This document shows, piece after piece, positions 11,943-19,974 of a DNA stretch of 64,000 bases. The notes below the pieces were generated by a model. The model was not told the origin of the DNA. It saw only the letters and a list, made by a program, of their open reading frames with translations, and did no database searches. The position numbers and the translations under genes were made by a program. The first letter of the stretch is position 1; the number at the start of each line of letters is the position of its first letter. This DNA is from Acidobacteriota bacterium (GTDB lineage Bacteria > Acidobacteriota > Aminicenantia > Aminicenantales > Saccharicenantaceae), in the NCBI GenBank assembly GCA_039683095.1, contig JBDKSB010000010.1, positions 14,709-78,708 of the forward strand, written 5' to 3'.

Positions 11943-13030
11943 GACTCGCACTTGCCCTTCTTCAACCGGAGCGCCTCGATCTTGAACCCGAACCTGGAAA
12001 TGACCTTCCGCCCGCAGCCGGGACAATACGTGCTCTCGGCCTCGTGGCCGGGGACGTTGCCGATGTAGACGAAGCGCAGTCCCTCTTCGAGGGCCGCGCG
12101 CCTGGCGGCCTCGAGCGTCGAGACGGGGGTCGGGGGCAGGTTCTTGACCAGGTACATCGGCTGGAACCGCGAGAAATGGACGGGAACGCGATCGCCGGCC
12201 TCGGCCCTGATCCACCGGCACATGTCCCGGATGGTCGCCAGGTTGTCGTTGAGCGTCGGGATGACCAGGACGACGATCTCGAGCCAGACCTTGGACTTGG
12301 CCACGATGCGTATGGTTTCCAGGACGGTCTTGAGTGAGCCGCGGACATACTCGTCGTAGAACGCTTCGGTGAAGCCCTTGAGGTCGACCTTGACGGCGTC
12401 GACGACCTGCAGGAGCTCGGCCAGGGGCTCCGGGTTGATGTGACCGGCGGTCACGACGACGTTCCGGACGCCGCGGCGCCGGGCCCGGACGGACGTATCG
12501 TACATGTATTCGAAGAAGACGGTCGGCTCGGTATAGGTATAGGCGATCGACGGGCAGCCGGCGCCGGCGGCCCGGGCCGCGGCGGCCTCGGGCGGCAGGT
12601 CGAAGGCCTCGACCTGCTCGGGCCGGACCTGGGAGATCTCCCAGTTCTGGCAGAACTTGCAGTTGACGTTGCAGCCGGCGGTCGCCAGCGACAGGGCCGA
12701 GGTGCCCGGCAGGACATGGAAAAAAGGCTTCTTCTCGATGGGGTCGATATTGAGGCTGCAGGCCTTGCCGTAGACCAGCGTGTAGTAATCGCCGCCGATG
12801 TTCTCCCGGACGCCGCAGTAGCCCCGTTCCTTGTCGCCGAGCCGGCAGAGCCGCGGGCAGAGCCGGCATTCGATCTCCCGGTCGGGGAGCTTGACGTAGT
12901 GGCGGGCCTCGACCCTGGAGAGATTGGGCCCGGCCGCCGCCTCGCTCAGCCGGCGGCCGATCGCGGGCAGCCCCGCGCCCAGGGCCAGGCCGGCGCCCGC
13001 CGCGCCCCGGAGGAATCCTCGCCGGTTCAT
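11909..13030 (-). CDS. Radical SAM enzyme of the AmmeMemoRadiSam-type family, with N-terminal twin-arginine signal
   Basis: 373 aa with the CNVNCKFC radical SAM cluster motif followed by QNWEISQ. It also has the family-typical CRLCPRLCRL..GYCGVREN..DPIEKKPFFH block. The N-terminus MNRRGFLRGAAGAGLALGAGLPA fits the Tat consensus. Its ATG overlaps the upstream stop (ATGA). Confidence 0.85.
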   Translation of the reverse strand: MNRRGFLRGAAGAGLALGAGLPAIGRRLSEAAAGPNLSRVEARHYVKLPDREIECRLCPRLCRLGDKERGYCGVRENIGGDYYTLVYGKACSLNIDPIEKKPFFHVLPGTSALSLATAGCNVNCKFCQNWEISQVRPEQVEAFDLPPEAAAARAAGAGCPSIAYTYTEPTVFFEYMYDTSVRARRRGVRNVVVTAGHINPEPLAELLQVVDAVKVDLKGFTEAFYDEYVRGSLKTVLETIRIVAKSKVWLEIVVLVIPTLNDNLATIRDMCRWIRAEAGDRVPVHFSRFQPMYLVKNLPPTPVSTLEAARRAALEEGLRFVYIGNVPGHEAESTYCPGCGRKVISRFGFKIEALRLKKGKCESCGTPIPGIWA

Positions 13031-13926
13031 GCGACCTCCTCCTCGACCGTCTCTATCGCGGCCGGGTCGGCCGTCCCCAGGCCCATCCGCTCGGCCGTCC
13101 GCAGGTAGCCCGGCGCCCGCCCTTCTTCCTCGAGCGTCGGCAGGCCGGCGCCGGCCCGGAGGCGCTCGATGATCGTCCAGCCGGCCCGGTCCGCGGCCAC
13201 GGGGTCGAGGCTGAAGACCAGGCCTGCGTACCTGGCCGCCCAGCGGGCGTGGTACGACGGCCCCTTGTGGAATTGGACCAGGAGGGCGTCGATGATGGTC
13301 AGGCGGTGCCGCGACTTGACCGGCGGCGCGTCGAAGACCTCGGCCACGGCCGGGTCGCAGCGATGATCGTGATACTTGTTGGGATTGTGGATGGCCCCGA
13401 AATAGTTCTTCATGCCGGCCGTCACGCCGGCCATTCCATGGTCCTTGAGGATGGCCAGGCTGATCGAGGCCGTGACGAATTCGGTCAGGATCCGCGAGAA
13501 CAGGCTGCCCACGCCGAGGTGGTCGACGAGGTCCGGGCCGTAGCCGACGCCATCCGTGTCCGTGCCGAAGACGCGAACGCCGCCGCGCCCGGCGTTGGGA
13601 GCGTACCCGGCGTCGCGCAGCTCGCGCGTCGTCCGGTCCCAGATGAACAGGTCCTTCTCGGCCAGTCCGGCCGCGGCCAGCCTCCGGGCCAGGCCGAGCG
13701 CGACCTCGGGCCGGGTGCTGATGGCCCGGCCGCCGATGGTGTTGACCTTGATGCCGACGCGATCGCCCGGCCGGAAGAGGAAGCCCGCTGTCTCCGTCCC
13801 CGTCCCGCCTTTCCCGAGCCGGGCGAAGCCCCGATCGAACATCGCGGCGACGACGGCCGGATCGGGATCCCCGGCTGCGGTCCAGGCCCGGGCGGACCTG
13901 ACGATGACGACGCGCGCCTTGGCCAT
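13027..13926 (-). CDS. DUF362 family protein
   Basis: Pattern typical of DUF362 (GIKVNTIGG..STRPEV, ILKDHGMAGVTAGMKNYFG, SLDPVAAD). Start placed at the ATG at 13926; the ORF-track start at 13968 is a TTG. Confidence 0.7.
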   Translation of the reverse strand: MAKARVVIVRSARAWTAAGDPDPAVVAAMFDRGFARLGKGGTGTETAGFLFRPGDRVGIKVNTIGGRAISTRPEVALGLARRLAAAGLAEKDLFIWDRTTRELRDAGYAPNAGRGGVRVFGTDTDGVGYGPDLVDHLGVGSLFSRILTEFVTASISLAILKDHGMAGVTAGMKNYFGAIHNPNKYHDHRCDPAVAEVFDAPPVKSRHRLTIIDALLVQFHKGPSYHARWAARYAGLVFSLDPVAADRAGWTIIERLRAGAGLPTLEEEGRAPGYLRTAERMGLGTADPAAIETVEEEVA

Positions 13927-14036
13927 TTCTTTTCCATGATGGGCCAATCGGCGGGGCCTGTCAACCAAGGGGCCGGCTTGATAACTCCGCCCCCGTCCGT
14001 TATAGTAAGCGTGATCCGAGAGCGAGGAGGCTGACC

Positions 14037-14993
14037 ATGAAAAGCGCCCGGTTTCACGTCGGGCCGGCGGTTCCGGCCGGCCTGGCGGTCATAGGCCTTC
14101 TTCTCGCCGGGGCCGCGTCTGCCCAGACGCGGCCGGCCAGTCCGGCGCTGGCCGCCCTCGCGCCCGATCTCCCGGGCTGGTCCCGCACCGAAGCCCCGCG
14201 CAGCTACTTTCCCGACAACCTCTTCGAGTACATCGACGGGGCGGCCGAGAGTTACCTGAGCTACGATTTCCGGGAGCTCCTGGTCGTCGATCTGGAGAAG
14301 AAGGGCACGCCGGCGACCCTGACCGTGGAGATCTATGACATGGGCCTTCCGGTCAACGCCTTCGGCATCTTCGGCGCCGAGCGCTATCCCGAGAACAAGC
14401 CGGTCGGCCTGGGCGACCTGGGCTATGTCGAGGGCGAAGCCCTGAACTTCCTGGCCGGCCGCTACTACGTCAAGATGCTTGCCTTCGGCCTCGGCGCGGC
14501 CCCGGAATCGATCCTGGCCGAGGCGGGAGGCCGGATTGCCGCGGCCATCAAGGGCGCCGGCGGCGCGAGCGGGCTTCCGGCCCTGGTCCGGGCCTTCCCG
14601 GGCCGGGACCTCGCGGCCCGGAGCGAGCGCTACATCAAAAAGAACTTCATGGGGTACGACTTCCTTCACGACGGTTACGTCGCCGCCTACAAGTCGGGAG
14701 GCAAGGAGCTGGAGGGCTTCTTCATCGACGCCGGTTCAGAGCCAGAGGCCGCGGCCATGATGGACAAGCTCCTTGACGCCCTGAAGGCCGACGGCCAGGC
14801 CGTGGAAACGGCGGGGCCCCTGGCCCACGCCCGGAACCGCTACGGCCAGCACCTCTACATCGGCCGGGCCGGCGCCGTTCTCTGCGGGGCCATGCGCGTC
14901 CCGGACGGGCTCGAGGCGGCCGGCCGCTCGCTGGCCGAGGCCCTGATTGGTGCCATGTCGGGCCGGGCGGCTTCGAATCAGGGGGCGGCGTGA
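14037..14993 (+). CDS. Hypothetical secreted protein
   Basis: 318 aa with a signal peptide (AGLAVIGLLLAGAASAQ). A GAGGAGG Shine-Dalgarno lies upstream. Its stop overlaps the next gene's start (GTGA). No family recognised. Confidence 0.6.
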   Translation: MKSARFHVGPAVPAGLAVIGLLLAGAASAQTRPASPALAALAPDLPGWSRTEAPRSYFPDNLFEYIDGAAESYLSYDFRELLVVDLEKKGTPATLTVEIYDMGLPVNAFGIFGAERYPENKPVGLGDLGYVEGEALNFLAGRYYVKMLAFGLGAAPESILAEAGGRIAAAIKGAGGASGLPALVRAFPGRDLAARSERYIKKNFMGYDFLHDGYVAAYKSGGKELEGFFIDAGSEPEAAAMMDKLLDALKADGQAVETAGPLAHARNRYGQHLYIGRAGAVLCGAMRVPDGLEAAGRSLAEALIGAMSGRAASNQGAA

Positions 14994-16021
14994 CGGACCC
15001 GGCCGCCGCGGATGACGGCCGTTATCTCAGGTTCGGCCTCGCCGTCGTCCTGCTCGCCGTCGCCGGCCTCGTCCTGAAAGCGGCCCGGCCCGTCCTCATC
15101 CCCTTCATCCTGGCCGTTTTCCTGTCCTACATCATCGATCCCGCGCTGACGTTCCTGACCGGCTGCCGCTGCCCGCGGCCCCTGGCCGTGATCATCGTCC
15201 TGGGGATGATGTTCGTCGCCCTGTATCTTCTCGGCGTCCTCGTCTACTCGAGCGGCAAGGCCTTCGTGGCCGATCTGCCGAAGTACCAGGAGCGCCTCGG
15301 GGACATCGGCCGTTTCCTGGAAAAGGGGATGGGGCGGTTCAGGATCGACGTCCCCTCGGCCCTCGGCAGCCTGGACGTCGACAAGATCGGAGGCTTCGTC
15401 ATCAAGGCCATCGGCCCGTTCTTCAGCGTCCTGGGCAACCTCCTTCTTGTTTTCATCTTCCTGGCCGCCATCGTCGCCGGCCGGGGCCGGGCCGAGAAGA
15501 AGATCAGCCGGGCGATCGGGGACGGCCAGGCCGGCCGCGTGCGCGTGGTCATGGACCGGATCAACGTCGAGATCCGGAAGTACATCGTCCTCAAGACCCT
15601 GATCAGCCTGGCCAACGGGTTGGAGGTCTGGCTGGTCCTGACGCTCTTCGGGGTCGATTTCGCCGCCCTGTTCGGCCTGCTGGCGTTCCTGCTGAACTTC
15701 ATTCCCAACATCGGCTCGGCTGTCGCCACCATCCTCCGCGTCGGGTTCGCCTTTTTCCAGTTCGGGACCTTCTGGACGCCGTTCCTGGTCCTGGTCATCA
15801 CGGTGGGCATCGACGAGATCCTGGGCACGATCGTCGAACCCCGGGTCCTGGGCAAGGGCTTGGACCTCAGCCCGCTGCTCGTCTTCTTCTCGCTGATCTT
15901 CTGGGGCTGGCTGTGGGGCATCCCGGGCATGATCCTGTCCGTCCCGCTGACCGCGGTCGTCAAGATCGGCTGCCAGAACATCCCGGCGCTCCGGCCGGTC
16001 GCGGTCCTGATGGGGCAGTGA
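14990..16021 (+). CDS. AI-2E family transporter (PerM-like permease)
   Basis: 343 aa polytopic protein with family-typical blocks LLAFLLNFIPNIGSAVAT and FWGWLWGIPGMILSVPLT. GTG start. Confidence 0.85.
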   Translation: MTDPAAADDGRYLRFGLAVVLLAVAGLVLKAARPVLIPFILAVFLSYIIDPALTFLTGCRCPRPLAVIIVLGMMFVALYLLGVLVYSSGKAFVADLPKYQERLGDIGRFLEKGMGRFRIDVPSALGSLDVDKIGGFVIKAIGPFFSVLGNLLLVFIFLAAIVAGRGRAEKKISRAIGDGQAGRVRVVMDRINVEIRKYIVLKTLISLANGLEVWLVLTLFGVDFAALFGLLAFLLNFIPNIGSAVATILRVGFAFFQFGTFWTPFLVLVITVGIDEILGTIVEPRVLGKGLDLSPLLVFFSLIFWGWLWGIPGMILSVPLTAVVKIGCQNIPALRPVAVLMGQ

Positions 16022-16048
16022 CGGGAAGGGGAGCGCGGAACTCGCGGC

Positions 16049-16816
16049 TCAGGGCAGGACGAGATCGTCGGCCTCGATGACGAAAGCCTCCGGCGAGATG
16101 CGCCGGATCTTGCGGCCGAAGAACGACCGGAGGGCCTTTTCGGCGGCCGACTGCTCGGCGGTCTTCTTGGACGCCCCCTTGGCCTTGGCCAGGACCTTGT
16201 CCCCGAGGCAGACCTCGACGGCGAAGGTGCGCTTGTGCGCCGGGCCCTTCTCCGAAACCAGGCGGTACGACGGCGCGGCCAGCCCGGCCTTCTGGCAGAT
16301 CTCCTGGAGCGCGGACTTGGCGTTGTTGATGGTTTGGGAGCCGGACTTGATCGGCTTCAGGGACGAGCCGAGGAAGCGGGAGACGAAGGTCCGGGCCGCC
16401 TCGAACCCGCCGTCGAGGTAGATGGCGCCGGCCAGGGCCTCGAACGCGCCGGCCAGGATGGACACTTTCTTCCTGCCGCCGCACTTCTCCTCGCCCCGGC
16501 CGAGGAGGATGGCCCGGTCGAGCTTGATGGCCCGGGCCAGGTTGGCCAGGGCCAGGGTGCTCGATGCCGAGGCCTTGAGCTTCGACAGCTCGCCCTCGTT
16601 CCGCTCCGGGAAGGCGCGGAGGAAGAACTCCGCGGCGACCAGGCCGACGACCGAATCTCCCAGGAACTCGAGCTGCTCGTTGTCCTCGGGCGCGCCGGGC
16701 CTGGCCTCGAAGGCGTGGGAGCTGTGAGTCAGGGCCTTCTCCAGGAGGGCCCGGTCCCGGAAGACGTATCCCGCGGCGTTCTCCAGGCGCTCGAGCCTCT
16801 TAGCGTCCTTGCTCAA
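16049..16816 (-). CDS. rnc: Ribonuclease III
   Basis: 255 aa with the RNase III signature NEQLEFLGDSVVGL and a C-terminal dsRBD. Its TTG start overlaps the pyrC stop (TTGA). Confidence 0.92.
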   Translation of the reverse strand: MSKDAKRLERLENAAGYVFRDRALLEKALTHSSHAFEARPGAPEDNEQLEFLGDSVVGLVAAEFFLRAFPERNEGELSKLKASASSTLALANLARAIKLDRAILLGRGEEKCGGRKKVSILAGAFEALAGAIYLDGGFEAARTFVSRFLGSSLKPIKSGSQTINNAKSALQEICQKAGLAAPSYRLVSEKGPAHKRTFAVEVCLGDKVLAKAKGASKKTAEQSAAEKALRSFFGRKIRRISPEAFVIEADDLVLP

Positions 16817-18114
16817 GTCCGCCCCTCCGGGCCGGCGCCGTCGAAGGGATAGGCGATCCGGCCGCCGACCATGGTCAGGACCGGGGCGCCGATGAGCTTC
16901 CAGCCGTCGAAGGGCGTGTTCCGGCCCTTGGACTCGAAGCGGGTCTTGTCGATCGTGACCGGCCGGTCGAGGTCAAGGACCGTCAGGTCGGCGTCGGCCC
17001 CGGGCTCGATCCGGCCCTTGGCGGCGAGCCCCAGGAGGCGGGCCGGCCGGGCGGACATGAGCTCGACGAAGCGGGCCAGCGTGATCGCGCCCGGCCGGAC
17101 CAGCCGGTCGAGGACGAGCGGGACGGCGGTCTCGAGCCCGACGATGCCGAACGGGGCGTCCGCGAACTCGCGGGCCTTCTCGGCCGCGGTGTGGGGGGCG
17201 TGATCGGTGGCGATAACGTCCACGGCGCCGGTCCTCAGCCCCTCGACCAGGGCGGCCCTGTCCGCGGCCGAGCGCAGGGGCGGGTTCATCTTGTAGTTCG
17301 TGTCGGGTGACGGGATGTCGTCGTCGGTCAGCAGCAGGTGATGGGGCGTGGCTTCGGCCGAGACCCGGACGCCCCGGGCCTTGGCTTCGCCGACCAGGCG
17401 GACGCCGCCCGCCGTCGACAGGTGGGCGATGTGGACCCTGGTCCCGGTGGCTTCGGCCAGGATGATGTCGCGGGCGGTCATGACGTCCTCGGCCGCCGCC
17501 GGTATGCCGGCGAGGCCCAACCGGGCCGAGGCGGGGCCTTCGTTGACGACGCCGCCTTCGGCCAGGGATCGGTCCTCGCCGTGGTCGTCGATGAACCGGC
17601 CGGCCGCGGCCGCAGCCTCGAGGGCCCGGCGCATGATCCGGCTGTCCGTGACGGGCCGGCCGTCGTCCGAGAAGGCGACGGCGCCGGCGGCGGCCAGGCC
17701 GGCCATGTCGACGAGCTCCGTGCCGCCCGAGCCCCGCGTCACGGCGGCGATGGGGAGAACGTTGGCCAGTCCGGCCCGGCGGGCCTCGGCCAGGACGCGC
17801 TCCGTGGTTTCGCGCCGGTCGTTGACCGGCCTGGTGTTGGGCATGGCGCAGACGGTCGTGAAGCCGCCGCGGACGGCCGCCCTCGAGCCGGTCAGGATGG
17901 TCTCCTTGGCCTCGTCGCCCGGCTCCCGGAGATGGGCGTGGAGGTCGATGAGGCCCGGCACGACGACGAGCCCGGTCAGGTCGACCGCCCGGGCCGCCGG
18001 CGCCTGGAGCCCCGGACCGACGGCCGCGATCCGGCCGCCGTCCACCAGGATGTCAGCCAAGGTATCGAGCCCGCGCGCGGGATCGACGATCCGGCCGCCT
18101 CGGAGGAGGATCAC
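16813..18114 (-). CDS. pyrC: Dihydroorotase
   Basis: 433 aa with metal-binding motifs GLIDLHAHLREPG and VIATDHAPH. Its GTG start overlaps the pyrR stop (GTGA). Confidence 0.9.
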   Translation of the reverse strand: MILLRGGRIVDPARGLDTLADILVDGGRIAAVGPGLQAPAARAVDLTGLVVVPGLIDLHAHLREPGDEAKETILTGSRAAVRGGFTTVCAMPNTRPVNDRRETTERVLAEARRAGLANVLPIAAVTRGSGGTELVDMAGLAAAGAVAFSDDGRPVTDSRIMRRALEAAAAAGRFIDDHGEDRSLAEGGVVNEGPASARLGLAGIPAAAEDVMTARDIILAEATGTRVHIAHLSTAGGVRLVGEAKARGVRVSAEATPHHLLLTDDDIPSPDTNYKMNPPLRSAADRAALVEGLRTGAVDVIATDHAPHTAAEKAREFADAPFGIVGLETAVPLVLDRLVRPGAITLARFVELMSARPARLLGLAAKGRIEPGADADLTVLDLDRPVTIDKTRFESKGRNTPFDGWKLIGAPVLTMVGGRIAYPFDGAGPEGRT

Positions 18115-18680
18115 CGCTTCCTCGCCCCGGCGATCTTGACCGGCTCGGTGATGACGATCTCTTCGCTGCCGTCCGTCTCCCGCAGCCGGACCCGGACGTG
18201 CTCGCGCCGGGAGGTCGGCAGGATCTTGCCGATGTAGTCGGGGCAGATGGGCAGCTCCCGGTGACCCCGATCGACGAGGACGGCCAGCTGGACCGACTGG
18301 GGCCGGCCCCTGGCGATGACGGCGTCCATGGCCGCCCGGATGGTCCGGCCGGTCATCAGCACGTCGTCGACGATCACGACGTTCTTCCTGAGGACGGGGA
18401 AGCCCAGGCCGGCGGCATAGAGCCTATCCTTGGCCGGTTTGACCGGAACGTCGTCCCGGAAGTGGCTGTAGTCGAGAAGCCCGGCCGGGATCTCGACGCC
18501 TTCGAGCTCCTTGATCTGGCGAGCCAGGCGCCGGCCGATGGCCAGGCCCCGGGGCTTGACCGCGACGATGACCAGGCTCTTGAGGTTCCGGTTCCGTTCG
18601 ATGATCTCGGTGGCCACGCGGGCCAGGACGCGCCGGATCCGGGTGGCGTCCATGATCCGGGCCTTGGTCTTTTCTTCCAT
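18111..18680 (-). CDS. pyrR: Bifunctional pyr operon regulator / uracil phosphoribosyltransferase PyrR
   Basis: Start at the ATG at 18680 (MEEKTKARIMDATRIRRVLARVATEIIE). PRPP-binding loop VVIVDDVLMTGRT. The ORF-track version beginning at 18986 is an unsupported N-terminal extension. Confidence 0.88.
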   Translation of the reverse strand: MEEKTKARIMDATRIRRVLARVATEIIERNRNLKSLVIVAVKPRGLAIGRRLARQIKELEGVEIPAGLLDYSHFRDDVPVKPAKDRLYAAGLGFPVLRKNVVIVDDVLMTGRTIRAAMDAVIARGRPQSVQLAVLVDRGHRELPICPDYIGKILPTSRREHVRVRLRETDGSEEIVITEPVKIAGARKR

Positions 18681-18742
18681 GCGATCGCTCCTGCGTGGAG
18701 GGATGTCCCGTCCTCTGAACATGCCTAAACCCGGCGGAAATG

Positions 18743-19666
18743 TCAACCCCGGCGGGCAAACCAGGCCCGGGCCGTCCCGACGTCCCGCCCGATGGCCGCG
18801 GCCAGGGCCTCGACCCCGGAGAAGGCCCGGGTCGGGCGGATCTTGCGCTCGAACCGGACCGTGAGCCCGGCCCCGTAGAGCGGGCCGCTGAATTCCAGGA
18901 GCAGGGTCTCGACGCTCAGCGGGTGGGACCCGAAGGTCGGGTTCGTGCCGATGCTGGTGACCGAGGGATAGGCCCGGCCGCGGCAAAGGGTCTCGGTGAT
19001 GAACACCCCTTCCGGCAGGATCTCGTTCGCGGTCTCCAGGTTGGCCGTGGGGAAGCCGATCAGCCGGCCCCGCTGCCGGCCGCGGACGACCCGGCCGGCG
19101 ACCTCGTAGGGACGGCCGAGCAGCCTGGCCGCCTCGCCTACCCGGCCGAGACCGAGGAGGCGGCGCACCCGGGTCGAGCTGACGGCCTGGCCGCCGCGGA
19201 CGACCGGCGGCACGACATGGACGCCGAGCCCGGCCGGCCGGCCGAGCAGCCGGAGCGCCGTGACGTCGCCGCGGCGCTCCCGGCCGAAGCGGAAGCTCCG
19301 GCCGACGACGACCTCGCGGGCGCCCAGGTCCCGGCGCAGGACGCCGTCGACGAAGGCCGGCCCGTCGAGGCGGGCGAAGGCCCGGTCGAAAGGGATGACG
19401 ACCACGGCGTCGACGCAGGTGGCCCGGAGCCGGTCCAGCCGCTGGGCCGGAGTGTCGATCATCCGCACGGATCGCAGGCCCAGGACCCGTTCGGGATGGG
19501 GCTCGAAGGTCAGGACGAGGGAGCGCAGGCCTGTCCGCGCGGCCAGCCGGCAGAGCCGGTCCAGGATCCGGCGGTGGCCGATGTGGAGCCCGTCGAAGTT
19601 GCCCACGGCCACGGCGGCCGGGCGGGGACGGAAACGGGGATCGTCGAGGCCGCGGTAGACGACCAT
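18743..19666 (-). CDS. ribF: Bifunctional riboflavin kinase / FMN adenylyltransferase
   Basis: 307 aa with GNFDGLHIGHRRIL near the N-terminus and a C-terminal riboflavin kinase domain (PTANL..GVF). Confidence 0.9.
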   Translation of the reverse strand: MVVYRGLDDPRFRPRPAAVAVGNFDGLHIGHRRILDRLCRLAARTGLRSLVLTFEPHPERVLGLRSVRMIDTPAQRLDRLRATCVDAVVVIPFDRAFARLDGPAFVDGVLRRDLGAREVVVGRSFRFGRERRGDVTALRLLGRPAGLGVHVVPPVVRGGQAVSSTRVRRLLGLGRVGEAARLLGRPYEVAGRVVRGRQRGRLIGFPTANLETANEILPEGVFITETLCRGRAYPSVTSIGTNPTFGSHPLSVETLLLEFSGPLYGAGLTVRFERKIRPTRAFSGVEALAAAIGRDVGTARAWFARRG

Positions 19667-19668
19667 GC

Positions 19669-19974
19669 CTACATCTTCACCATCTCGGCTTTCTTCAGGT
19701 AGGCCAGCTTGAGCTGGTCGAGGACGCCGTCGAGGAACTTCTGTTCCTCTTCCCCGAGGTTGCCCTTGGTCCGGTCCCGGAGCAGGTCGAGGAGGTCGAT
19801 ATTCCGCTTGGCCAGAGGCAGGCTCTCGCGGCGCTCGCCGGTCCCGGGCTCCTCGACGAGGCCGAGCTGGACGAGGGCCGGGAAGTAGAGGAGGATGACG
19901 ATGGAGCTGAATTCGAGGGGCGGCAGGAAGTCCGGGCCTTCCGCTTCGCCGGGTTTATTGTCGTCAGGGGTCAT
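19669..19974 (-). CDS. DUF1844 domain protein
   Basis: 101 aa with a pattern typical of DUF1844 (PPLEFSSIVILLYFPALVQLGL...NIDLLDLLRDRTKGNL). Its start overlaps the prfB stop (ATGA). Confidence 0.75.
   Translation of the reverse strand: MTPDDNKPGEAEGPDFLPPLEFSSIVILLYFPALVQLGLVEEPGTGERRESLPLAKRNIDLLDLLRDRTKGNLGEEEQKFLDGVLDQLKLAYLKKAEMVKM

Noticed and set aside
9771-12869. A 1032-aa ORF suggesting a giant protein spanning the SpeE-like gene and the radical SAM gene.
   Set aside because: The N-terminal 309 codons overlap the well-supported radical SAM CDS in another frame and are Arg/Pro-rich with no domain signal. The membrane protein begins convincingly at the ATG at 11942.
18681-18742. A possible PyrR-binding RNA element in the pyrR leader. 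The minus strand reads GUUCAGAGGACGGGACAUCCC just upstream of the RBS.
   Set aside because: It matches about 6 of 10 positions of the conserved UCCAGAGAGG core, and I could not draw a convincing anti-terminator or sequestering hairpin by eye. It needs a covariance-model search (Rfam PyrR element) before being claimed.
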